The position numbers and the translations under genes were made by a program. A DNA stretch of 35,971 nucleotides from a virus (Duplodnaviria; Caudoviricetes). Below the pieces are notes generated by a model, which was not told where the DNA came from, searched no databases, and saw only the letters and a list, made by a program, of their open reading frames with translations. The stretch is taken from positions 1 through 35,971 of the IMG/VR virus record IMGVR_UViG_3300020404_002695; one strand, 5' to 3'. This document shows, in pieces, positions 28,088-35,971 of this stretch (within the stretch, counting starts at the first letter, position 1; each line of letters begins with the position of its first letter).

Positions 28088-28112
28088 AATGTTTATAACA
28101 CTTCAGTATTTT

Positions 28113-28120
28113 TATTTATA
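28113..28120 (-). promoter_or_regulatory. T4 late promoter TATAAATA
   Basis: Exact T4 consensus 25 nt upstream of the gp26 ATG. Confidence 0.85.
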
Positions 28121-28144
28121 GTGGTTTTTAAAATCCTCTCAGAT

Positions 28145-28180
28145 CAAAAATTTTGCGGGATTTTTTTTCCCCGATTTTTG
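28145..28180 (-). terminator. Stem-loop, possible terminator
   Basis: CAAAAAU-CGGGG-A8-UCCCG-CAAA-AUUUUUG downstream of the gene ending at 28205. Confidence 0.45.
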
Positions 28181-28204
28181 GAATTAAAAGTTCATTTTCG
28201 TACA

Positions 28205-28915
28205 CTAAAAGAATTCTATTGTTTGACCATCTTCAGTAAGAGTTCTACCTGTGACGACTCCTTGCTTAAGATTTTCACTTCTATTTCTATTAAATGATAA
28301 ACTAGTTTCTTTACCTGCAATATATCTCTCATAACTAAATGTAACATTTAATCGAAGAATATCAGAGCTTCCGTATTGGACTGATGTGGATGACATATTT
28401 ATCGGAAACAATCCAAAGAAAGTATACTCGATCTCTGATCGATAGTCAATGTTGAACTTAACAATTTTCGTCTTATCACATTTATAACCAGAATTTCCTC
28501 TTGGATATCTCATACGATAGAAATATCCTAAATCTCTCTTATCAATCGGTGCATTTTTTTCTGATCCACTTGCAATATAATCTATCCAATGTTCAAAAAA
28601 TTTAATCATCTTGTAATCTTTATCAACGTAGAATTCTAACGACAATTCAGTGAATATTCTTGTGTGAGCAAATTTTTCTTGAACTCCTATGAAATTTCCA
28701 AATATATCTGTTGTAGCTAAAGAACTACCAGGTATAGATGCCTGACTACACAATAAACCTGCGTTCTCTGTTATAAATCTCCTGTTGACTCCCTTTGTTC
28801 CAAGAAATTTAAAGAGGTCTGGTGATAAACCATCAAAAAACACCTGATAATGAGATGTTTGTGCTACATTTGTCAGTATCGGTTTTATATCAGCTATTTT
28901 TCTAGGACGAACCAT
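28205..28915 (-). CDS. Tail-tube-fold protein (gp54 baseplate tube initiator / gp19-like)
   Basis: LLCSQASIPGSSL...R.FTELSLEFYVD...FFEHWIDYI...YTFFGLFPINMSSTSVQYG...LNVTFSYERY. Confidence 0.7.
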   Translation of the reverse strand: MVRPRKIADIKPILTNVAQTSHYQVFFDGLSPDLFKFLGTKGVNRRFITENAGLLCSQASIPGSSLATTDIFGNFIGVQEKFAHTRIFTELSLEFYVDKDYKMIKFFEHWIDYIASGSEKNAPIDKRDLGYFYRMRYPRGNSGYKCDKTKIVKFNIDYRSEIEYTFFGLFPINMSSTSVQYGSSDILRLNVTFSYERYIAGKETSLSFNRNRSENLKQGVVTGRTLTEDGQTIEFF

Positions 28916-28922
28916 CTAAATA
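28915..28922 (+). promoter_or_regulatory. Late promoter for the gp4 block (TCTAAATA)
   Basis: CTAAATA variant 28 nt upstream of the ATG at 28951. Confidence 0.6.
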
Positions 28923-28943
28923 CTTTATATTTTATCTTATATC

Positions 28944-28951
28944 TATTTAGA
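28944..28951 (-). promoter_or_regulatory. Late promoter for the tube-fold gene (TCTAAATA)
   Basis: Mirror copy 28 nt upstream of the ATG at 28915. Confidence 0.6.
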
Positions 28952-29391
28952 TGTCATATAAGGGAAGATATAGACCATCCAACCCCAAAAAATACAAGGG
29001 TAACCCATCAAACATAGTTTATCGGTCACTCTGGGAGAGAAAGTTCATGGTCTATTGTGATAATCATACTAAAATACTTGAGTGGGGTAGTGAAGAGATC
29101 ATGTTACCCTATCGATCTCCAATTGATAATAAAATACATCGATACTATCCCGACTTTTATATCAAGGTGAAAGAATCGAATGGTAAAATCAAAAGATACA
29201 TCATTGAGATCAAACCAAAAAAACAAACGATAGAACCAAAGGTCAAGAAAAGAAAAACGAAAGGATATATCTATGAAGTATACGAATATGCAAAAAATCA
29301 GGCAAAATGGGAAGCAGCAAAAGAATTTTGTAAGGATCGGATGTGGGAGTTCAAAGTATTAACAGAAGATGAACTAGGTATCAAGAAATGA
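28951..29391 (+). CDS. gp4: Head completion protein gp4 (TnsA-like nuclease fold)
   Basis: YKGRYRPSNPKKYKG...YRSLWERKFM...WGSEEI..PY...HRYYPDF...IEIKP...NQAKWEAA. Confidence 0.9.
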   Translation: MSYKGRYRPSNPKKYKGNPSNIVYRSLWERKFMVYCDNHTKILEWGSEEIMLPYRSPIDNKIHRYYPDFYIKVKESNGKIKRYIIEIKPKKQTIEPKVKKRKTKGYIYEVYEYAKNQAKWEAAKEFCKDRMWEFKVLTEDELGIKK

Positions 29392-29765
29392 ATAGTTATC
29401 CAACCGATGATAAAGAAAATAGGGTAAGGTCTGTAGTAGATAATTTACTAGGGACAGAGGATGCTGATGATATAATGATTGAGTTAATGGACAGCTTAAA
29501 TAGCACGGTGACATCATCTCCAACTGTTGGAAAATATTATGTGTTCGTATATAATGCTAAAACTCCTAACATACAATATGATTCTAATCCATTAGTGGCA
29601 GTCACCGACGTATTCGACTGGGGATTTCGTGGTGTCAATCTACACATCGGTCAATACCGTAATTATACCACTAATGAACTGGTTGGACAGTTATACGAAG
29701 TGAATCCTGACGAACTATCAGACGTAAGGGAACTACCTTTTGGAAATATCACGCTAAATAACTAA
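29388..29765 (+). CDS. Short gp2-like (DNA end protector-related) protein
   Basis: GKYYVFVYNAKT...YDSNPLVAV...GFRGVNLH resembles the gp2 core; ATGA overlap with gp4. Confidence 0.5.
   Translation: MNSYPTDDKENRVRSVVDNLLGTEDADDIMIELMDSLNSTVTSSPTVGKYYVFVYNAKTPNIQYDSNPLVAVTDVFDWGFRGVNLHIGQYRNYTTNELVGQLYEVNPDELSDVRELPFGNITLNN
29753..29760 (+). promoter_or_regulatory. Late promoter (GCTAAATA)
   Basis: 14 nt upstream of the gp48 ATG. Confidence 0.55.
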
Positions 29766-29774
29766 AAAACAATA

Positions 29775-30701
29775 ATGGCAAAGGGTAAAAAAAGAAAATT
29801 TGGTAATTTCAGATATCCGATGGCAGTATTGGATAAACATAGTGACTTTCTTGAAATTAAGGTACTTGAATATAGAGCACCAGGATTTGAATCTTCGGGT
29901 GAGGGCAAATCATTCAGTTTGAAGGCTAGTTCTGATACACTTGGTAAAAATAAAGAAGATATATTGGGAACAATTATTCTTCCTGTGCCACAAACTATAA
30001 CAGATTCTAATGGAGTCACTTGGGGTGAGAATAGTTTGAACGGACTTGCTGCAAAAGGACTTGGCATAGCGGGAGCAATTATGAGTGCAGACTCTATGAA
30101 GGAAGCAGGTACAGAATTAACAGAGCAAAGTAAAGAAGCCGCATCAACATTTTTAAAAGATGATATAACTAAACAAGCTATAAATGCACAATTTGCATCA
30201 ATGGCGGTAAATGCTCTCGGTGGTAACACAACTAGTGGATCAATTCTAGCAAGAACTACTGGTTCAATCTTAAATCCAAATATGGAATTATTATTTGGTG
30301 GTGTTCAGTTAAGAAGTTTTAGTTTTGACTTTGATTTTGCACCCAGAGATGAAAAAGAGAGTATCGAAATTAAAAAAATAATTCGTGCGTTTAAAGTTCA
30401 TATGAATGCTAAAAGAACAACCCAAGACAATGGTGGAGGTTCTGGTTTATTCATATCATCACCTGATGTATTTCAATTAACCTACAAAACAGGAAATAAA
30501 GATCATCAATTTCTACATAAATTTAAACCGATGGCTATGTTAAATATGGCAGTCAATTATACTGGTGCAGGAACATATGCAACATATGATAATACTTCTC
30601 CAGTGCAACTTAAAATGAATCTTACATTTCAAGAATTAAATCCAATATACTCTGAAGATTATGACGGAGTTGACAATCCAGATGGAGGAACAGGATTCTA
30701 A
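29775..30701 (+). CDS. gp48: Baseplate tail tube cap gp48
   Basis: NPNMELLFGGVQLRSFSFDFDFAPRDEKE...PDVFQLTY...VNYTG...PVQLKMNLTFQEL. Confidence 0.85.
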   Translation: MAKGKKRKFGNFRYPMAVLDKHSDFLEIKVLEYRAPGFESSGEGKSFSLKASSDTLGKNKEDILGTIILPVPQTITDSNGVTWGENSLNGLAAKGLGIAGAIMSADSMKEAGTELTEQSKEAASTFLKDDITKQAINAQFASMAVNALGGNTTSGSILARTTGSILNPNMELLFGGVQLRSFSFDFDFAPRDEKESIEIKKIIRAFKVHMNAKRTTQDNGGGSGLFISSPDVFQLTYKTGNKDHQFLHKFKPMAMLNMAVNYTGAGTYATYDNTSPVQLKMNLTFQELNPIYSEDYDGVDNPDGGTGF

Positions 30702-31357
30702 TGGGATACTTCAGAGAACTACCAAATCTACAATACCAATCACCGTATTCAAATCGCATTTCGAGTGCGTCCTACATAACTGCAAAGAATATTTTTCGTC
30801 GTATGAAAATACGTGATGATCTAAAAAATGTTTTTAGTGTTTTTAATAAATATGAAATTGACGATGGGGATAGACCAGATACAGTTGCATTAGACCTTTA
30901 CGGTAAATCAAATTTAGATTGGGTGGTGCTTATCACTGCAAACATTATTAATGTTCGTGATGAATGGCCTTTGTCAAGCAAGGAATTATATGATTTTACT
31001 GTATCAAAATATGGATTAACCGAAATTAATAACGTCAGACACTATGAAACCACTGAGATAAAAAATAATCGTGGCATAGTTGTTTTACCAAAAGGAAAAG
31101 TTGTTGATGAAGATTTTAAAATAAGGAAACCCGATATCGCAAATGAAGCAACAACAACAATCAATCCTGTAAGAGGTATTACATATTATGAATATGAGGC
31201 AGATATTAATGAAAAGAAAAGAACGATAGATGTTTTACGTCTAGAATATTTACAACAATTTTTAAATGACATAAGAAATGAGATGACCTATAAGAGATCA
31301 TCTCAATTTGTGAACGATAAGTTGATAAAAACAGAAAATACTAGAATAACTAATTAA
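30701..31357 (+). CDS. gp53: Baseplate wedge subunit gp53 (LysM-like)
   Basis: YFRELPNLQY...KNIFRR...DGDRPDTVALDLYG...DWVVLITANI...EWPL...NEKKRTIDVL. Confidence 0.9.
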   Translation: MGYFRELPNLQYQSPYSNRISSASYITAKNIFRRMKIRDDLKNVFSVFNKYEIDDGDRPDTVALDLYGKSNLDWVVLITANIINVRDEWPLSSKELYDFTVSKYGLTEINNVRHYETTEIKNNRGIVVLPKGKVVDEDFKIRKPDIANEATTTINPVRGITYYEYEADINEKKRTIDVLRLEYLQQFLNDIRNEMTYKRSSQFVNDKLIKTENTRITN

Positions 31358-32242
31358 TTATTCTTCTGCAAGTTTCTGAAAATAAGATAATGCATCATCA
31401 TCATCCTCGTTTACGGATGACGGTGTAGTAGATACGGCAGTGGTTACTAACTCTTCAGCAGCTCCACGGTCTGTATCCTCTTCTTCAAATGAACTAGATG
31501 GTCTCTTACTACCAAGCACATACTCCAGACGTTTTTTCAAGTCATCATATGACTTGAACTGATCTGTATCGACAAACTCTTTGAGGGAGTTTTCTTTTTT
31601 CCACACAGATTCGAGTGCATCATCATCATCAAGTAAAGGAGTAACAGCAGTGAACTCAGAACTATCATAGTTTCTGTATCCTGCTACGTTCTTTGCCTTG
31701 AGTTTAAAATTGGCACCCTGCCAGAAATCAAATGGATCAATCGCTTCCTCATCTTCGAACTCAGGTTGCATTGCTGCTGTGAGTTTGTCAAAGATTTTCT
31801 TTCCATACTTATATAAGAATACTTTTCCTTCGTTCTCAGGATTAGCAGGATCTTTTACAACATAGATGTTACTGATATATGTAAGTTTGCGTTTCTGTTT
31901 GCGAGCAGCATCCTTACCTGCATCTGTTCCATTGTTCCATAACTGAGAATTATACTCTGATACGGGATCTTTCTGACCAAGTGTAGTGAGAGAGTTTTCA
32001 ATATACCAACCACCAGGACCTTGGAATGCGTGACTGTACAGTTTTACAAACGGTAAGTCTTCTCCGTCTGGTGCTGGCAAGAATCGAATAACGGCATATC
32101 CGTTACCTGACTTATCGACTTCCAGTTTCCACAAACGGTCATCACCTGATGCTCCGTTAGTGTTTAGTTTTTCGACTTCCTTAACTAACTTTGCAGTTAA
32201 AGAACCTAGTTTTGATTGCTTTTTAAGATTAGCAAATGACAT
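31358..32242 (-). CDS. gp32: Single-stranded DNA-binding protein gp32
   Basis: DDRLWK...GNGYAVIRFLPA...HAFQGPGGWYIENSLTT...YKYGKKIFDK...GANFKLK...YRNYDSSEF; acidic C-terminal tail; GAGGT RBS. Confidence 0.95.
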   Translation of the reverse strand: MSFANLKKQSKLGSLTAKLVKEVEKLNTNGASGDDRLWKLEVDKSGNGYAVIRFLPAPDGEDLPFVKLYSHAFQGPGGWYIENSLTTLGQKDPVSEYNSQLWNNGTDAGKDAARKQKRKLTYISNIYVVKDPANPENEGKVFLYKYGKKIFDKLTAAMQPEFEDEEAIDPFDFWQGANFKLKAKNVAGYRNYDSSEFTAVTPLLDDDDALESVWKKENSLKEFVDTDQFKSYDDLKKRLEYVLGSKRPSSSFEEEDTDRGAAEELVTTAVSTTPSSVNEDDDDALSYFQKLAEE

Positions 32243-32283
32243 TTGGATACCTCGGATTAAATTAGATTTCGTTGGATGTTTAG

Positions 32284-32312
32284 ATTATAATAGATTGTTT
32301 ATGGTTTGTCAA
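32284..32312 (-). promoter_or_regulatory. Consensus sigma70-type promoter for gp32
   Basis: TTGACA (32312-32307), 17-nt spacer, TATAAT (32289-32284). Confidence 0.9.
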
Positions 32313-32634
32313 TAGTCTCTTTGAGTTTAGAAATTGTCTTTCTCATACCATCAAAGAGCAAGTTCATATCAGTTCCTTTGGGGAATCCCATTAAAGGAAT
32401 AGATTTTTGTAAGTGTTCTTTCATTTTAATTGCATCAGGATCATCAGAAAGTGACAAACGAGTATACATAACCTTTTGTTTTTCTAATAATTCTGTCAAT
32501 AGATCAATGTGTTCCACCTTTTCATCATGATCCATAGTGGGAAATTGCATTACATTACCATATAAAGCTTTTTGAAGATCATTAATCTCCTCAAGTTCTT
32601 CTTGAATGATTTCTGAATCGAAAAAATTACTCAT
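32299..32634 (-). CDS. DUF1825-like conserved cyanophage protein
   Basis: FFDSEIIQEEL...KQKVMYTRLSLSDDPDA; usual position between gp59 and gp32. Confidence 0.7.
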   Translation of the reverse strand: MSNFFDSEIIQEELEEINDLQKALYGNVMQFPTMDHDEKVEHIDLLTELLEKQKVMYTRLSLSDDPDAIKMKEHLQKSIPLMGFPKGTDMNLLFDGMRKTISKLKETIDKP

Positions 32635-33223
32635 TTACAATCTCTCTTAAAATTTTTTTATAGTGAAATACATTAATATTTAGGAAGGGTATATATTTTT
32701 TCATTTTCATACTGACGGTTTCCCACACTGGATCTTTGAGTTTACGATTAAATTTTTTTCCAAAAGAAAATATTTTTTCAAAAATCACAAAGGTTTCTAA
32801 ACTGATCTCTCCACCCAGATATTTTTTAAGTATTGGTGGATGACCTTTCGAACAATTAAATACTTCTTCTAATTCTTTTTCCGATAATAATTTCTTTGAC
32901 TGCTCCTTAAACATATACGACAAACTCTGTTGCCTTTTCATCCAATCTGCATATGTTCTCTCTCCAGAGTTTATGATTTCCCCAATCCACAAGTTCTGTG
33001 GAGTGTTTGTTGTGACGAAGTTTGCCAGTAAGAAATCAGTGATCTCCTGATCAGAATACTTCCTTGATGTTTTTTCAAACCAATACTTATCCTTTCTCTT
33101 ATTAAAAGATGCCATTGTGGCTTTCGATTTACCTCCATACTTAAAAAAGTCATATCTCTTATTTGTGAAATGACTTTTCATAGAAAGATATGTCTGGTAG
33201 GTTTCAAATGGTGTCACTTTCAT
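32627..33223 (-). CDS. gp59: Helicase loader gp59
   Basis: YQTYLSMKSHFT...YDFFKYGGK...FNKRKDKYWFEK; exact start ambiguous among three consecutive ATGs (33229/33226/33223). Confidence 0.85.
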   Translation of the reverse strand: MKVTPFETYQTYLSMKSHFTNKRYDFFKYGGKSKATMASFNKRKDKYWFEKTSRKYSDQEITDFLLANFVTTNTPQNLWIGEIINSGERTYADWMKRQQSLSYMFKEQSKKLLSEKELEEVFNCSKGHPPILKKYLGGEISLETFVIFEKIFSFGKKFNRKLKDPVWETVSMKMKKYIPFLNINVFHYKKILREIVNE

Positions 33224-33407
33224 CATCATCCTCTTCACATTCTAATTCTGTAATTGCATCAACTGGGACTTCTGCCTTTCCAATTCGATACCAATGTTGA
33301 TCAACTCCAATACTATCAGGTTTAATTCCCAAGTATTCTAAATCAGGAAATGTATGCTCACGCAATATTGCCTGTAGTCGATAATGCATTAAGTCTTTTG
33401 TTTTCAT
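33204..33407 (-). CDS. Hypothetical protein (67 aa)
   Basis: TAATG-coupled to gp33; fills the gap before gp59. Confidence 0.65.
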   Translation of the reverse strand: MKTKDLMHYRLQAILREHTFPDLEYLGIKPDSIGVDQHWYRIGKAEVPVDAITELECEEDDDESDTI

Positions 33408-33667
33408 TATAAAGGTAGTTTAGCTCGTGATGTCTTCTTCATAAAGTTTAACTGAATCGCATCATATTTCAACCTTTCTTTAAGAGGTTTTGTAACAAGT
33501 TTCGTCACAGATTGTATCTCTATGTCATTTACCTCACAATATTGACATATTGCATCTATGTAATTAATTTTTTCTTCGGCAACTATTTTTTCTATCTCCA
33601 TCGAAAACTTCGTAGGAGTTAGAAACTTACTCTCCATTGCCTTTTCGAGTTCTTTATTTGGTTCCAT
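33407..33667 (-). CDS. gp33: Late transcription coactivator gp33
   Basis: KFLTPTKFSMEIEKIV...NYIDAI..YCE...KLVTKPLKERLKYDA..LNF; start reassigned to MEPNKEL at 33667. Confidence 0.85.
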   Translation of the reverse strand: MEPNKELEKAMESKFLTPTKFSMEIEKIVAEEKINYIDAICQYCEVNDIEIQSVTKLVTKPLKERLKYDAIQLNFMKKTSRAKLPL

Positions 33668-34337
33668 AAAACTCCAGTTTGTCTGTAACAAATTTGTCGA
33701 TGTATCTACCAAGAAGTCGAATATACTTGGCCTTGTCAGTTTCTTCATAAACAACGCATTCTCCATTTTCACATGCCATAATAATGACTAATTTTTTTAC
33801 TGCTATATTTTTCATTTCATATAGCATACAACCATACCCCATAGCCTGAACGAAATAATGTTCAATCCATTCCCGTGGTTTAGGTTTTTTAGATGTTTTA
33901 AAATCTATGATTGCCAACTCACCATCGTGTTCCGCAATACAATCAACAGTGCCAGCAATTCCTAGTTGTTTACTATATAGGGCACCTTCTAGAGTATGAA
34001 TCTGATCAATACGACTCAGTTGTTCCTTTGATATCTTAAATAAAAAATCAGATATTGGAGGAACCTTCGGCAACTTTTCATTCTTTAGGTAATGCTCAGT
34101 GAGTGTGTGCATATCTGTTCCACGAGTCGTGGCAGCTTTGGTTATGCGGTCTGCCTCTTCGTTACCAACTCTTTTTCTCCAATCAAGAAAAATTTGTTTG
34201 TTAAAATGACTGGTGATAGATGTGATGGATACTAATTTAAGTAACTCCTCTTCATCAGGTATTTTATAATACCTCACACCATCAATTGTTTCTCTCTCTA
34301 TTGGTTTAAGATCTAAGTCTATATGGTTAAACATCAA
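33654..34337 (-). CDS. PD-(D/E)XK exonuclease (cyanophage type)
   Basis: SITSIT...RGTDMH...E..LYS...AGTVDCIAE..GELAIIDFKTS...YFVQAMGY. Confidence 0.85.
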   Translation of the reverse strand: MMFNHIDLDLKPIERETIDGVRYYKIPDEEELLKLVSITSITSHFNKQIFLDWRKRVGNEEADRITKAATTRGTDMHTLTEHYLKNEKLPKVPPISDFLFKISKEQLSRIDQIHTLEGALYSKQLGIAGTVDCIAEHDGELAIIDFKTSKKPKPREWIEHYFVQAMGYGCMLYEMKNIAVKKLVIIMACENGECVVYEETDKAKYIRLLGRYIDKFVTDKLEFYGTK

Positions 34338-35094
34338 AATTTATCTCTAGTTTCGATAAAAGATATTCTTTGACAAGTCCTGAACGAACGATGTCATTAA
34401 TATCAAACTCTATTATATCAAATGATGGCATTTTACGCAAGATGTTCATGAAGTTAACGATACCATTCTTATCATTTGTTTTTACTAAGTCAGTCTGACT
34501 CGCATCACCACAGAAACATATTTTTGTATTTTCTCCCACACGAGTGATGATACTATCGAGTTCATGAAAGTTTAAATTTTGAAACTCATCAACAATAATA
34601 ATAGAATTGTCTAATGTAGTTCCACGAATAAAGGATGTGCTCCAAAACTTGATTGTCTCCTGCGCTTTCAGATTACCATAGAGCATCTCAAAATCTGCAT
34701 CAGATGGCATCTGAAACATGTACTTCACCATATTTTTATATGGTATTTGATAGATATCTGCTTTATCCTCGTGATCACCAGGCAGAAATCCAATCTCCCT
34801 TGTAGAGACTAAAGATCTAACCAGATATATTTTCTCATAAGGTGTGCTCTCGTCTAAAACATCGGAAAGTGCCTTATATAAAGTGACAAAAGTTTTACCT
34901 GTACCTGCACACCCATAAGCCACAATATTTTTTTGTGCTTCATAGGAATCAAATAATCTTTTCTGATTATCTGATAATGGTTCAATGTCAACAAGATATC
35001 CATTATTCAGAGGTTTTTTCCTCTTCATTTGTTTAGCAGTCAAACCAACACCAATCGGTTGATCAGAACTTGACCCTCTTTTTTTTCTTGCCAT
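34327..35094 (-). CDS. phoH: PhoH-family ATPase
   Basis: Walker A GCAGTGKT; REIGFLPG; FIRGTTLDNSIIIVDEFQN; GDASQTDL; DIVRSGLVK. Confidence 0.95.
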   Translation of the reverse strand: MARKKRGSSSDQPIGVGLTAKQMKRKKPLNNGYLVDIEPLSDNQKRLFDSYEAQKNIVAYGCAGTGKTFVTLYKALSDVLDESTPYEKIYLVRSLVSTREIGFLPGDHEDKADIYQIPYKNMVKYMFQMPSDADFEMLYGNLKAQETIKFWSTSFIRGTTLDNSIIIVDEFQNLNFHELDSIITRVGENTKICFCGDASQTDLVKTNDKNGIVNFMNILRKMPSFDIIEFDINDIVRSGLVKEYLLSKLEINFDV

Positions 35095-35095
35095 T

Positions 35096-35407
35096 TTAAT
35101 CTAAATCATGTGTTTCATGTGAGGATTCGGTAGAAGATTCGTAAGATCCTTTACGTGCCAATCTTCCAGAAACACCACCAGATCTTTCAGACTTTTTAAT
35201 AATTTGATTCCAACTAGGATGCTTCTTATTTAATTTATCTTGCCATTCTCCAACACTTTCAATTCCTAAACCAGGCACAGTAGAGGGATCAGAGTAATCA
35301 CGAGTCCAATCTGGATTGTCTTCTTTCCATTTATCCCAGTCCATCACACTCATTACGACCTCTTTTCGGTCACCAGTTTTATTGTTAACAACAGGGTATG
35401 TAGCCAT
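35096..35407 (-). CDS. Conserved cyanophage hypothetical protein
   Basis: MATYPVVNNKTG...MSVMDWDKWKEDNPDW; lies between thyX and phoH. Confidence 0.75.
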   Translation of the reverse strand: MATYPVVNNKTGDRKEVVMSVMDWDKWKEDNPDWTRDYSDPSTVPGLGIESVGEWQDKLNKKHPSWNQIIKKSERSGGVSGRLARKGSYESSTESSHETHDLD

Positions 35408-35431
35408 AATTATAAAGTAATGTAAAATTAT

Positions 35432-35971
35432 TTAGACCCACTCAAGGGCTTCAGATACAGCAGGGAATTGTTCGGTAAATACCTCACGACATGCCTCTGC
35501 AATATCCATATGTTCCTTTTGAGTTCCATGTGCAGATCTTAAATTAATATAATGTATCCAAGATCGACACGAACCTGTCATGTATATACGAGTTGGTGTA
35601 CATAATGGTAAAACCATTCTAGCACATTCTTTTGCAACACCCAACTCTAACATTTGATTATACAGTGCAAGAGATGAACCAAAAAGAGTTCCCATCTGCA
35701 TATTTAATGACTGTATTACTTTAGGATCTAAATCATCCGTAGAATTTTGACGATTTTTACTATCCTGTTTACGAAGTTTAGGTAGTTCTATGCTTCCTAG
35801 TAAGTTACTATCAGCATATCGTTGAGAAAACTCTTGGAATGTAAAACTACGATGTCTTAATATCTGTGCTGCGATTGCACGGGTTGTTTCTATTTCAAGA
35901 GTCATTGTAGATTGTTCGAAAACAGACCAATGATTATGTTTAATACAATACTTTAATAATCCTGCATAGTT
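35432..35971 (-). CDS. thyX: Flavin-dependent thymidylate synthase, 5' end outside the window
   Basis: RHRSFTFQEFSQRY signature; AKECARMVLP; frame open to the window edge (NYAGLLKYCIKHNHWSVFEQ). Confidence 0.95.
   Translation of the reverse strand, partial: NYAGLLKYCIKHNHWSVFEQSTMTLEIETTRAIAAQILRHRSFTFQEFSQRYADSNLLGSIELPKLRKQDSKNRQNSTDDLDPKVIQSLNMQMGTLFGSSLALYNQMLELGVAKECARMVLPLCTPTRIYMTGSCRSWIHYINLRSAHGTQKEHMDIAEACREVFTEQFPAVSEALEWV

Noticed and set aside
28951-29391. TnsA transposase or homing endonuclease
   Set aside because: Sequence and position match the core T4 gp4 head completion gene; no transposon ends
29762-30229. 155-aa minus-strand ORF
   Set aside because: Antisense shadow of gp48
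33668-33772. N-terminal extension of gp33 in the ORF track
   Set aside because: Overlaps the exonuclease gene by over 100 nt; the downstream ATG at 33667 gives a normal-sized protein
1-35971. tRNA, rRNA, introns, inteins, anti-phage defence or photosynthesis genes
   Set aside because: None recognised; intergenic gaps are tiny and core genes look uninterrupted, though a covariance search was not possible

Overview
AT-rich fragment of a T4-like marine cyanomyovirus (Kyanoviridae-type; a Prochlorococcus/Synechococcus host is inferred). From the right end, the minus strand carries thyX (partial), a hypothetical, phoH, an exonuclease, gp33, a hypothetical, gp59, a DUF1825-like gene and gp32. A short plus-strand late block follows (gp4, gp2-like, gp48, gp53). 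A long minus-strand tail/baseplate region then encodes a gp54/gp19-like tube protein, gp26, a 58-aa gp51-like gene missed by the ORF track, two tape-measure-like genes, a gp27-like hub and a split gp5 spike. The last ~20 kb are modular fibre/adhesin genes, ending in a large beta-helix structural gene that runs off the left edge. Main points of interest: (1) a canonical -1 slippery heptamer that would fuse gp26 to gp51 in a lambda G/GT-like position just before the tape-measure-like genes; (2) apparently complementary half-motifs split between fibre proteins, suggesting a plug-and-socket branched fibre; (3) a compact structured RNA leader between a chaperone-bearing fibre gene and a giant gp38-like adhesin; (4) near-identical DNA blocks at fibre module junctions; (5) face-to-face late promoters and a repeated motif in the gp32 leader. 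All product calls come from recognising motifs and synteny by eye; no searches were run.
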